From Dehalococcoidia bacterium (GTDB lineage Bacteria > Chloroflexota > Dehalococcoidia > Bin125), in assembly GCA_963555985.3 (NCBI GenBank), contig OY820591.1, forward strand, positions 2,016,001 to 2,080,000: a DNA stretch of 64,000 nucleotides, read 5' to 3'. Positions 18,098 to 27,299 of the stretch are shown here, in pieces. A program made the position numbers and the translations under genes. Within the stretch, counting starts at the first letter, position 1. Each line of letters begins with the position of its first letter. Under the pieces are notes generated by a model. The model saw nothing but the letters and a program-made list of their open reading frames with translations. It did no database searches and had not been told where the DNA came from.

Positions 18098-19018
18098 ATG
18101 GCTATGACTCCCAGCATCATCGACGTTCACGTTCATCTTTGCCGGACGGCTCGGCAGGAGGCGATTGTGTTTCCGCGGGCGGGTTTGCCGGACGAGTGGC
18201 GCTGGGCGAACGGGGACGCCTGCGGGGAGTACATGACGCGCAACGGGGTGGAAGCGATTGTGGGTTTGAATTACATGGTGGTACCGCAGATGTTTGAGCA
18301 GCAGCGGGTTCGCCGGCCGGAGGCGAGCGAGGCTGAGTTGTGGGAGATGCTTCGGGAGCGTGTGCGCGAGTTCAATACGTGGACGTTGGGGCGACAGGCG
18401 GCAGATCCGCGCATTCGCACGTTCCTTTGCTGCGATATCGGCTGTTGGCGGGAGACCGATCTGTTGATGGAGGAGTTGGAGCGGGGGATCGCGGCTGGGG
18501 CGCGGGGGGTGAAGATGCATCCGGGGTTGGGTCGCTACTTTCCGGCGGACGAGCGGATGATGCCGCTGTATGCGCGTTTGGAGGAGGCGGGGCTGCCGAT
18601 CTTGAGCGATACGGGTTCGCTGCGGGGCGGGCCGGGCGAGGATGTGTACGGGATGCCGGATCATTTCATTCCGGTGTTTGAGCGGTTTCCGCGACTCCAG
18701 TTCATCATGGCGCATATGCCGGGGGCGTATTGGGATCAGCGGATCGAGATTGGGAAGCGTTTTCCGCAGGTGCTATTCGACACGGCGGGCGGGTTTGACG
18801 ACGGTCACTTTCCTTGCCGGGACGGTCGGCGCGCGTGCGCGTTGGAGGATGCGGCGCGGCTGATTCGGAAGCTGGGGGTGGAGCGGGTGCTGTTCGGGTC
18901 GGACGCGCCGGGGGCGGATCAGCGTCCGCAGGTGTTGCAGTTGTTGCGGAGCGGTCTGAGGGATGGGGAGCTGGAGTCGGTGTTGTCTGGGAATGCGCGT
19001 CCGGTGTTGGGGATATGA
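18098..19018 (+). CDS. amidohydrolase_2 family protein
   Basis: IIDVHVH, GVKMHP, IMAH and VLFGSDAP motifs. Confidence 0.88.
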   Translation: MAMTPSIIDVHVHLCRTARQEAIVFPRAGLPDEWRWANGDACGEYMTRNGVEAIVGLNYMVVPQMFEQQRVRRPEASEAELWEMLRERVREFNTWTLGRQAADPRIRTFLCCDIGCWRETDLLMEELERGIAAGARGVKMHPGLGRYFPADERMMPLYARLEEAGLPILSDTGSLRGGPGEDVYGMPDHFIPVFERFPRLQFIMAHMPGAYWDQRIEIGKRFPQVLFDTAGGFDDGHFPCRDGRRACALEDAARLIRKLGVERVLFGSDAPGADQRPQVLQLLRSGLRDGELESVLSGNARPVLGI

Positions 19019-19155
19019 TCGGGGAGGCAGAGAGACCCTGGAGAGCGTAAACGGGGCGGGTGATTTCGTCGTCGGGGTGTTCGGATTTCGACGGGGTACT
19101 GTTGGGTAGACCCGGTAGCCTCGTCGCGCACGGGAACCCTTGGTGGAGGTCACAC

Positions 19156-20601
19156 ATGTCGCATCTTGCGGAACTGCTCCAGGCTGCTGTGGATGAGACG
19201 CAGTTCGATCTGGGGCGCATCAGACAGATGATGACCGGGACGAGAACCAGCTACCGCAGCCACCCAGAAGACTTGGTGACGCCAGCCGAACTACGCGATT
19301 TGCTGGCACATCGACCTTATGGCGATCAAGCTATGCTCCGTGCCCGAGGTGCCGAGGTCATCATTTCTGGGGACACGCTACCTCGACTCACTGAGCATCT
19401 CGAGACGGTCCTGCAAGATTTCATCGATCCAAGTTCCGGTCTCATAGGCCATGTGTTTCCAATCCGGCTCCCAGGAAGTTTCCACACGACCGTCAAAACC
19501 AATGGAATTCAGCATCACCATTGTACGTCGTCACCCGGCAATTTTGCGAAAGCGCTCATACGAGGCGCGGCAGTGCTCGGTGTAGAGCGTATGTCGCAGC
19601 TTGTTGAGGGTTGGATTGAGGGGGAGGAAACAGTATTTCACAATCGGGCACTGTTGAACGGCGCGGAAGTCTTGAGTCAAAGGCTTGAGCCAATGAGAGG
19701 AGTGCTGATCGAGCCACTCCCGCTGTCCACCGATCAGCTGATCGGATACTTGCCTCACCGACCGGAGATGCGACCACGAGATTACCTCGGCCGCACCATT
19801 CTCTCGATCGAGTACAAGGTCGAGCCCACCCTGTATCAGCCGAGCGATAGGAACCTTGTCAAAGCATCGCCGCATACCGAAGTGCCGGGTGTCGATGTTC
19901 CGCTTGTTTTCTCTGCGGTCGCACTCGAATCTGATACGTATGCAGACGTTGCACTCTATTGGAATGACTACCTGTCGCTTGAGGCGTGTACGTTTCGAAG
20001 AGTCAAAGATGCGTGGCTCTTCGAGCCATCTCGATTTAGATCTGGGCGACGCACGGAAAATGTGCTGAGTACAACTTACCCAGACAACGTAACTACCCTT
20101 GAAGTTATCGATGACGGAAGACTCTCGATCGATAGCAGATCGCTGAGAGCAACAATTTTGGGGCTTGCGTCCGGTCGTTCTGAAAAACGTCGGATTGCAG
20201 CTACCCGTTGGGTGAGTTCGAAGGACTCGTCGTCCATTCTTGCGGACAGGTTTATTGATCTGCGCATTGCTTTGGAAGCTCTATATTTAGGGACAATCGG
20301 CGGCAAGTACCGTGGAGAAATGGTATTTCGGCTGGCCCTCTGTGGAGCTTGGCACCTTGGATCCGACTTTGCCGAGCGGAAGCGGTTTCGCAAGACTCTG
20401 CACGATGCCTACGGTAGGGCATCGGGTGTAGTGCATGGCGGTCGGATTGACCCCACACCGAAAAACCGCGAGTTGCTGGAAGATGCTCAGAGCTTATGCC
20501 GGCAAGGACTCCTCAAGTTGTTGCAGGATGACCGCCCGAGAGATACGAAAGACTGGTGGGAATTGATCCTTGGAGGGGAGATTCCAGTTGATCGGGCGTA
20601 G
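19156..20601 (+). CDS. ApeA-like HEPN domain protein
   Basis: GGAGG SD before ATG 19156; C-terminal DRFIDLRIALEALY..FRLAL..AYGRASGVVHGG; lower GC than the flanks. Confidence 0.65.
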   Translation: MSHLAELLQAAVDETQFDLGRIRQMMTGTRTSYRSHPEDLVTPAELRDLLAHRPYGDQAMLRARGAEVIISGDTLPRLTEHLETVLQDFIDPSSGLIGHVFPIRLPGSFHTTVKTNGIQHHHCTSSPGNFAKALIRGAAVLGVERMSQLVEGWIEGEETVFHNRALLNGAEVLSQRLEPMRGVLIEPLPLSTDQLIGYLPHRPEMRPRDYLGRTILSIEYKVEPTLYQPSDRNLVKASPHTEVPGVDVPLVFSAVALESDTYADVALYWNDYLSLEACTFRRVKDAWLFEPSRFRSGRRTENVLSTTYPDNVTTLEVIDDGRLSIDSRSLRATILGLASGRSEKRRIAATRWVSSKDSSSILADRFIDLRIALEALYLGTIGGKYRGEMVFRLALCGAWHLGSDFAERKRFRKTLHDAYGRASGVVHGGRIDPTPKNRELLEDAQSLCRQGLLKLLQDDRPRDTKDWWELILGGEIPVDRA

Positions 20602-20609
20602 GACCGGGC

Positions 20610-20640
20610 GGGATACCCGCGGCGAGCGCGGGTATGACGG
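20610..20640. repeat. REP-like hairpin (GATACCCGCG..CGCGGGTATGAC family)
   Basis: ggatacccgcggcgagcgcgggtatgacgg, between convergent genes. Confidence 0.75.
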
Positions 20641-20688
20641 AATTTGGGGCGGGCGATGACGACCGGCCTCCGGGCATCCCACCCTCCC

Positions 20689-23607
20689 TCACACCACCAA
20701 CTCCGACCCCGGCGGCCTTGCCTTGCCTCCGTGGACGGAGGGTTCGGCGCACCATTTGGCGGCGAGTTGGCGGACTGCTTGGTAGGTGGAGTGGTCGAAG
20801 TTGAGTAGGTCGCAGATGAGGCGGCGGTCGAGGCGGGCTCGATTGGGGTCGGCGTCGGCGAGGTAGGCGGGTTTGAGGTCGCGGTTGCGGAAGTCGTCGA
20901 AGATGTCTTCGGCGGTTTGGAGTTGGTCGTCGCTGAGCGAATTCAGATCGAGTACGGGCAAGTTGTGCATTGTCTTAACAGTCATGTCGCCTCTCCCTGA
21001 CTGAGAGCGATTCGAATGCCACCAATAGAGAAGCAGCCCAAGTGTAGAATTTCCCCACACTGCAAAGGCGTAGTCGTATGAATCCGTGTCGAAGGTCACA
21101 TTCGGCCAGGCGCGGCCTCCAGCGGTTTTCACTTCAGTCATGGCTACTGCGAGAGGCTGAGACGTAAAGCGGAACCCTCTGCTGAGGTGAGCGCGGCTAG
21201 CGGATTTCCAAAGGTCAGCCGCTTTCAGTTCCATACCCTTACGTACGACGAATTGGGAATCAGGCTGGCAGACCATTTTAGTTTCGTGTTTGGCGTCGTG
21301 TTTCCACAGCACTGGATAAGTAGCAGTTGGGCTAGCAGGTCCTTTTGCAAATGGTCCTTTGTGGGCAGGACTGATAAACAACTGGGAATCGATGCCGCGA
21401 TGTCCTACATGGCCCAAGGGCTTGATCGGTAGATTCGCAGGCTGCGGATTGGTTGGGAGCCACAGCTTTCCATCGGAAAGGGAAGCTGCGACCTGACCGA
21501 CGGTCGCGTCCGAGAGTCTTGCGGCTCCCCATCCCGTGTCGGAAACCGGCGCAGGAGCCTCTAGAGTTTCTCCTCTTAGTTCGCTGCCGACCGACAAAGC
21601 GGTGCCCCCGTATGGTCCATCCTCGATTTTTCGTATCGACAGATGGCTAGCGAGGTTCCCGGACATACCGGCTGCGTCGGCAAGGTTCCGAGGGCGATCG
21701 AGAACCGAGGTGAACTTACCGCGGGAATCAGCGCCGCCTGATGTGCCTTTCTTAACTCGCTTTCTGGCAATCACCAGACATTCAGCCATCCCGGTATCGT
21801 TGGAGAATGACAACGCTTGATCGCCGCTCTCGGCTATGGTCAGGACCTCAATATCTTCATACTCTGTTGCGAGTAGCTTCCGCACTTTCTGCCAAGAAGA
21901 TGCGTTGACCATCGATGCAAGCAATACGAAGGCCATCACGCCTCCGGTCTTCAGCTTGCGATGTGCTATCGTGATGAACGCCGATCCTAGACCTGCATGG
22001 CCATGATATGTGGAACCCTTGGCTAGTTTGGCCAGCAGAGCTGCCATGTCGGCCTGGTCGTCCTCTTTCGCGTTGAATGCCGCGAACGCTGCGTTGAGCA
22101 CGCCGTCTTCCGCATCGAAGTGTTTGGTGTTGCTCGTGAAGGGCGGATTCATGATCACCAGGTCGAAGCCGCCGTCGGGGATATCGACGGTGACTTGGGC
22201 GGCGGTCTGTTCTCCGGCGCTGCCGGTTTGGAGGGCGGGGTCGCTGGTGTTGAAGAGGGTGAGCAGGTTGGAGGCTTGCAGCAGTTCGAGCGAGCCGATC
22301 TGGACGCTGCCGTCGTCCTGGCGTCCGTAGGGCATGGTGTAGAGGCGGGACTGTTGATAGCCGAGGTTAGGCTGCGCGCCGGCCAGGGTGGCGCCGGTGA
22401 TGTGGACGGCGGAGGGCATCACGTCGCAGCCGTAGAGGACTTCCTCCATCATCGCCGTGTGCAGCTTGGCGGGGTCGCCGCCGGCGCGCTCGTGTTTGGC
22501 GGCGATCTGCTCGTAGGCGGCGGAGAGCAAGGCGCCGGTGCCGCAGGCGAAATCGCCCACGCGGAGCTTGGCGATCCGCTCGGCGTCGCTCCAGTCGATG
22601 TCTTGCAGTTTGGCCACCGCTAGACGCGCCAGCAGCGCCGCCGATGCGGGCCGGGTGTAGAAGGTGGCGAGGTACTTGCGGTCGGAGATCAGGCGCTGGA
22701 AGATGCGTCCGGTCAGGTTGTGGGCGTTGTCGATGCCGGCGGCGTCGACTTCTTGGGCGGTGTCGCGCAGTTCGTCCAGCAGTTGTTTGGCAGCGCCCGA
22801 GGGGAGTTGCTGGAGGATGTCGCGGGCGATGGCGAAGATGGGGAAGTAGTTGATGTCGAGGATCTGATCCCAGGTGGCCAGGGTGTCTTTCTGGGGATTG
22901 GCGCTGCCGGGTCCGCAGACGAGATTGAGCGGTTTGACGCCCGCGTGCATTCCGGCGATGCGTTCGTGGAAGACGAGGGCGTTGGCGATGATGGCGCAGG
23001 CCATGCGCCGCGTTTGGGGGACGTTGCGCATTCCGAGCAGGTCGGAGACGGCGCGGACGATGTGCATCTGGGTCTCGCTGATCGCGTCGAGGACGACGGC
23101 GGCGCGTTGGATGCCGGATTGGAGAGTGTCGGCGGCTTCGTCTACCTCTTTCTGAGGTACGGAAACGAGCCGGATGAGGTCGGCGAGGTCTTCGAGTCCG
23201 CCTTCGAGCCAACCGGATTGGGGGAAGCGGCTGGGGGGCAGATCGCCTTCGTCGTAGCGGACGCACCAGGAGAGCCGGGTTTCGCGCAGAGCGGTTTCGA
23301 GGTCGGCGGCGGACTTGAGCTCGGCGGGGTAGCGCAGGGCGATGGCTGCTTCGACGGGTCGGGGTTGTCCGACGATGTTCTTGGCCAGGCGACTGGCGGC
23401 CTCGCTCTCGGCGTTGGAGGCGGGCATGAATTCGGCTTCGAGGGCGACGGGGGAGCGTCCGGGCGCGGTGATCAGGTTGTCGATTTGGAGGGCGGGGTTG
23501 TCGGGGATCAGGCCGGTGTGCTCGGAGCGGACGAGGCAGGTTTGCATCATCGCTTGGAGGAGTTTGCCGAGTGCGGCGTTGACGGTCGGTTCGGTCTGGT
23601 TGGGCAT
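20689..23607 (-). CDS. type IIG-like restriction-modification enzyme / amino-methyltransferase (972 aa)
   Basis: Probable true start MPNQTEPTVN at 23607; ATFYT, motif I DFACGTG, motif IV IMNPPF; N-terminal D..ALEAE nuclease-like segment; C-terminal TRD. Confidence 0.8.
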   Translation of the reverse strand: MPNQTEPTVNAALGKLLQAMMQTCLVRSEHTGLIPDNPALQIDNLITAPGRSPVALEAEFMPASNAESEAASRLAKNIVGQPRPVEAAIALRYPAELKSAADLETALRETRLSWCVRYDEGDLPPSRFPQSGWLEGGLEDLADLIRLVSVPQKEVDEAADTLQSGIQRAAVVLDAISETQMHIVRAVSDLLGMRNVPQTRRMACAIIANALVFHERIAGMHAGVKPLNLVCGPGSANPQKDTLATWDQILDINYFPIFAIARDILQQLPSGAAKQLLDELRDTAQEVDAAGIDNAHNLTGRIFQRLISDRKYLATFYTRPASAALLARLAVAKLQDIDWSDAERIAKLRVGDFACGTGALLSAAYEQIAAKHERAGGDPAKLHTAMMEEVLYGCDVMPSAVHITGATLAGAQPNLGYQQSRLYTMPYGRQDDGSVQIGSLELLQASNLLTLFNTSDPALQTGSAGEQTAAQVTVDIPDGGFDLVIMNPPFTSNTKHFDAEDGVLNAAFAAFNAKEDDQADMAALLAKLAKGSTYHGHAGLGSAFITIAHRKLKTGGVMAFVLLASMVNASSWQKVRKLLATEYEDIEVLTIAESGDQALSFSNDTGMAECLVIARKRVKKGTSGGADSRGKFTSVLDRPRNLADAAGMSGNLASHLSIRKIEDGPYGGTALSVGSELRGETLEAPAPVSDTGWGAARLSDATVGQVAASLSDGKLWLPTNPQPANLPIKPLGHVGHRGIDSQLFISPAHKGPFAKGPASPTATYPVLWKHDAKHETKMVCQPDSQFVVRKGMELKAADLWKSASRAHLSRGFRFTSQPLAVAMTEVKTAGGRAWPNVTFDTDSYDYAFAVWGNSTLGLLLYWWHSNRSQSGRGDMTVKTMHNLPVLDLNSLSDDQLQTAEDIFDDFRNRDLKPAYLADADPNRARLDRRLICDLLNFDHSTYQAVRQLAAKWCAEPSVHGGKARPPGSELVV

Positions 23608-23757
23608 GGGGTCAGGATATTGCGGCTTGACGAACCGAAGCTGGTAGCTCTCGGAATTGTGGTCTGATCGTTCTGCACAACGAGTCGCTCCGGCGCGGCT
23701 CAGCGAACTCCGTGCGGCGTTTCTGGCGGCCCTGCGAGGGCTCTCTATACTCCGGGC

Positions 23758-24933
23758 ATGAGCGAACCGGGTTTGCGTGAAGAGCTTCGCAATTTGCAGG
23801 ACACGACTGCGATTGTGGGGGTTGGGACGACGGAGTTTGGGGCGATTTACCGGGATCTGGATCCGGAGCGGTCGGCGTATGAGTTGGGCTTGATTGCGTT
23901 TCGGGAGGCGCTGGCGGACAGCGGTTTGCGGAAGTCGGAGATTGACGGGGTGATTGTCTCGCGGTTGCCGCACTATGGGCGGATGTGCGAGATGATTGGG
24001 CTGCGGCATCCGCGTTTCGTGAACGTGTTGCCTGGGGAGGGGCGGCAGTCGGGGATCGCGTTGCAGTATGCGGCGCTGGCGGTGGCGAACGGGATGGCGT
24101 CGGCGGTGGCCTGCATTTACGGCAACAACGGGCGCTCGGCGGGGGCGCGCTACGGGGGGGAGAATCGGGGTCTGACGCCGCAGGCGATGTTCGAGGCTCC
24201 GTATGGGATGACGTCGCCTGGGGCGGTGACGTCGTTGATGTTCCGGCGGCATCAGTACCGCTACGGGACGACGACGGAGCCGCTTGGCCACTTGGCGATC
24301 TCGAATCGGGCGAACGCGGCGCTCAATCCGAATGCGGTGATGCAGAAACCGATCACGATGGACGACTACTACGGGGCTCGGTACATCGCGGAGCCGCTGT
24401 GTCTGTTGGACTACTGCCTGATCAACGACGGCGGGGTGTGTTTCATTGTCACGTCGGCGGAACGGGCGCGTGATCTGAAGCATCCGCCGGTGCTGGTACA
24501 CGCGACGTCGCAGGCGTCCGATCTCACGCCCGTCTATGTGGCCGACGACTTCTGGTATACGCCGATGGCGCAGATTGCGGACGATCTGTTCGCGATCTCG
24601 GAGGCGCAACGCGAGGACTTGGCGTTTGCGCAGCTCTACGACAACTTCACGCCGACGATGCTGTTCACGCTTGAGGGGATGGGTTTTTGCGAGCCGGGCG
24701 AAGGCGGCGACTGGATTACGCCGGAGCGGATCAACCTGCGCGGGGAGCTGCCGCTGAATACGGGCGGCGGGCATACGAGCGAGTCGTACATGCAGGGTTG
24801 GGCGCTGCACGTTGAGGCGGTGCGGCAACTTCGGGGAGAGTGCGGCGAGCGTCAGGTGGCGGACGCCCAATACGGCCTCTACGCCTGCGCAGCGCCGCTG
24901 GCGACCGGGCATATTCTCAAGCGCGACGACTAG
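23758..24933 (+). CDS. SCP-x-type thiolase-family protein (Ltp2-like)
   Basis: AIVGVG, NPNAV, PLCLLDYCLINDGG, QLYDNF and NTGGGHTSE motifs. Confidence 0.87.
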   Translation: MSEPGLREELRNLQDTTAIVGVGTTEFGAIYRDLDPERSAYELGLIAFREALADSGLRKSEIDGVIVSRLPHYGRMCEMIGLRHPRFVNVLPGEGRQSGIALQYAALAVANGMASAVACIYGNNGRSAGARYGGENRGLTPQAMFEAPYGMTSPGAVTSLMFRRHQYRYGTTTEPLGHLAISNRANAALNPNAVMQKPITMDDYYGARYIAEPLCLLDYCLINDGGVCFIVTSAERARDLKHPPVLVHATSQASDLTPVYVADDFWYTPMAQIADDLFAISEAQREDLAFAQLYDNFTPTMLFTLEGMGFCEPGEGGDWITPERINLRGELPLNTGGGHTSESYMQGWALHVEAVRQLRGECGERQVADAQYGLYACAAPLATGHILKRDD

Positions 24934-24946
24934 CGGAGATCGAACG

Positions 24947-25384
24947 ATGACCACTGAGACCAGCGAGGGCCAGTCCTACGAGAAGCCGCTGCCGCCGATC
25001 ATCCAGTTGACGAAGCCGTTCTGGGACGGCTGCCGCGAGGGTGAGCTGCGGATTCAGTTCTGCAACATCTGCGACAAGCCCTGGTTCCCACCGGCGGAGG
25101 CGTGTCCGCGCTGTCTGATGAACGACTGGGAGTGGCGGGCGATCAGCGGTCGGGGGCGGGTGTGGTCGTGGATCCGGATGTGGCAGCGGTATTTCCCGGG
25201 TTGGAGTGCGGAGGAGTATCCCTACACGGTGGCGCTGATCGCGCTCGAAGAGGGTCCGTACATGTACTCGACGCTGGTCGGGATCGAGGACAGCGATGTG
25301 AGTTGTGATCTTGAGGTCGAGGTGGATTTTCGGGTGGTGAACAAGGAGGTGACGTTGCCGGTGTTTCGGCCAAGTCGAGGATGA
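24947..25384 (+). CDS. DUF35 Zn-ribbon/OB-fold acyl-CoA-binding protein
   Basis: PFWDG, CNIC..CPRC, SGRGRVWS, PY, LEEG and PVFRP motifs; follows the thiolase. Confidence 0.9.
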   Translation: MTTETSEGQSYEKPLPPIIQLTKPFWDGCREGELRIQFCNICDKPWFPPAEACPRCLMNDWEWRAISGRGRVWSWIRMWQRYFPGWSAEEYPYTVALIALEEGPYMYSTLVGIEDSDVSCDLEVEVDFRVVNKEVTLPVFRPSRG

Positions 25385-25390
25385 TTGCCA

Positions 25391-25987
25391 ATGCCTGACG
25401 AGCTGCCGCTAGAAGACGGATGGCCCGCACGCGACTTCGACGAAGACGCTCGCGCGTACTTGCTAGAGGAGGGTCGTCAGCGTGTACAGGCGCAGCTTGC
25501 GCACCTGCGGGCGCAAGATGTCAAGGTTGCCGCGCTGTTCACGGCGAGCGCTGGCCTGTTTGCGCTGAGTGGTCTGTTTGGCGACTTGAGAGTGGAAGCT
25601 ACCCCCGAAGCCGTATTGACCTTCATGGGCTTCTTTGCTTCGTTGGTCGCATGGTCCTTCTTGGGGCTCGCATACTGGACGCGGGACATGGGTGTCGGCT
25701 TGGACTTGGAGATTGTCCGAAGGTACTACGGTCGCGCATCGAGGCAAGAGCTTCAAGATGCGGCCTTAGAGGCCTTAGTCGCGGGTTTCATCCTCAATCA
25801 GCAGACGATTAGAGCAAAAACGCAATGGCTACAGAAGTCATTCTTTGCTGTGGCGACTCAACTGCTGCTGCTGTTCGCGGCGATCGTCGCCGCTGCTATC
25901 GCGTCTCCTGGTGATCTCGCGCCTCAAGATTCAACGGCGGCCGGCAGTTCGCAATCAGGCACCGTTCTTGTCGATGGTGAGCGGTAG
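25391..25987 (+). CDS. 3-TM membrane protein, Pycsar-effector-like topology (copy 1)
   Basis: Three hydrophobic segments; QDVK, AYxxR..GxDL and NxxxxxxK pattern shared with 28576..29064. Confidence 0.75.
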   Translation: MPDELPLEDGWPARDFDEDARAYLLEEGRQRVQAQLAHLRAQDVKVAALFTASAGLFALSGLFGDLRVEATPEAVLTFMGFFASLVAWSFLGLAYWTRDMGVGLDLEIVRRYYGRASRQELQDAALEALVAGFILNQQTIRAKTQWLQKSFFAVATQLLLLFAAIVAAAIASPGDLAPQDSTAAGSSQSGTVLVDGER

Positions 25988-26086
25988 CGGGCGACGGCGC
26001 GGTTCGGCGGGCTTGGGTGCTTGTTCGCCTGTGCCAGCGCCCTTTGGCTGCTCAGTTCTTGAAGTTCGTTGGTCTACAGTCGCCAT
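25955..26086 (-). CDS. small antisense peptide (43 aa) MATVDQRTSRTEQPKGAGTGEQAPKPAEPRRRPLPLTIDKNGA
   Basis: Manual translation, below the ORF-track cutoff; GAGGA SD 5 nt upstream; overlaps the 3' end of the membrane gene by 33 bp. Confidence 0.5.
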   Translation of the reverse strand: MATVDQRTSRTEQPKGAGTGEQAPKPAEPRRRPLPLTIDKNGA

Positions 26087-26130
26087 CTCAATCCTCGCTG
26101 CCGCTGGCCATCCTCGTTGCTTTGACTTTC

Positions 26131-27297
26131 TCATCTTAGCAATTCCAGCTCGCTGAGCACCTCTGCCTGATGCTCTCCGAGCCTCGGGGCCGGGCGAGTC
26201 GGCACCGAGACCGGCGTCCCCTCGAAGTCCCAGGGTGGGGCGATCTGGCGGCTGATTGAGCCGTCGGATTCTTGGACTTCGACGATTGCTCCGACAGCTG
26301 CGACCTGCGGATCGTTGCTGAGGCGCTCGTAGTCGTGCATGGGGAAGGCCCAGCCGCCCCAGCGTTCGACGATCTCAATTACGTGCTCGGCGTCGTGATT
26401 GGCGAAGCCGCGCTCCCAGAGCGGGTTCAGTTCGGCGGCGTAGCGGCCGGCGCCGCCGGCGCCGTCGGTGCGGAGCTTGTCGTAGTCGGGGTGCTCGCGG
26501 GCCCAGTCCATACCGAGTTCGTTGATGAGACCGTCAAAGGCGTCGCCGCGCATTCGGGCAAGGGAGAAGTAGATCGGCAGATCGCGGCACTGGTAGCCGT
26601 GGTCCGGGGGTTTGACGTAGCTGTCGAGGTGGAAGCCCCACCACTCGTCGGGGTTGGAGAGGGCGACCCACATCGTGGAGCGCATCGCGATCAGGCTGCC
26701 GAACAGTGAGACCTCGACTCGCTGGCCGCCGGTTGGATGAGCTAGATCACTGTCATCGCGCGCATAGAGCGCGGCGCAGATGGCCTGGATTGCGTGGTTT
26801 GCGGCGAAGACGGAGCCGATGTCGCTGCCGTGGCGGACCGGCGGCTCGCCGATGCGTCCGAGCGACGCGGTGGCTTCGCTCGCCATTTGGGTCGCGAGTT
26901 CCGAGGCGGGGCGGTCGGCCCATGGTCCTTGCGGTCCGAAGCCTGAGACGGCGCAGTAGACCAGTCCCGGAGCATCGAGTCGCTCCCAACGAAGCTCGGT
27001 GGGCAAGCCGTGCTTGTCCACTACAGCGACATCGGCCTGGGTCAGCAGGCTCCGCGCGGTTTGCACGTCTTCGTCGGCAGACCAATCCAGGACGATCCCG
27101 CGCTTGTTGCGGTTGAGGGCGCGGAAGAGCGCAGAGTCTTCGCCGGCGGATGGGGCCCAACCGCGCGAACGATCTCCGCGTGGCGGTTCAATCTTGATCA
27201 CGTCGGCGCCGGCGTCTGCGAGCGACATGGCGGTGTAGGGGCCGGCGACGCCTTCGGCGATTTCGACGACGCGGTAGCCGTGCAGAGGGCCGGGCAC
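26131..27297 (-). CDS. family III (CaiB/BaiF) CoA-transferase subunit
   Basis: PLHGYRVVE, GADVIKIEPPRGD, NRNKR and APRLGEH motifs; catalytic Asp position appears to be Ser. Confidence 0.9.
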   Translation of the reverse strand: MPGPLHGYRVVEIAEGVAGPYTAMSLADAGADVIKIEPPRGDRSRGWAPSAGEDSALFRALNRNKRGIVLDWSADEDVQTARSLLTQADVAVVDKHGLPTELRWERLDAPGLVYCAVSGFGPQGPWADRPASELATQMASEATASLGRIGEPPVRHGSDIGSVFAANHAIQAICAALYARDDSDLAHPTGGQRVEVSLFGSLIAMRSTMWVALSNPDEWWGFHLDSYVKPPDHGYQCRDLPIYFSLARMRGDAFDGLINELGMDWAREHPDYDKLRTDGAGGAGRYAAELNPLWERGFANHDAEHVIEIVERWGGWAFPMHDYERLSNDPQVAAVGAIVEVQESDGSISRQIAPPWDFEGTPVSVPTRPAPRLGEHQAEVLSELELLR

Positions 27298-27299
27298 GG

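Noticed and set aside
13177-23607. A prophage spanning terminase, HEPN and RM genes
   Set aside because: The span is interrupted by lut and amidohydrolase genes and has no structural, lysis or integrase genes.
23608-24954. N-terminal ~450 aa of the 1421-aa ORF 20689..24954
   Set aside because: It is the antisense shadow of the thiolase gene; the RM protein plausibly starts at ATG 23607.
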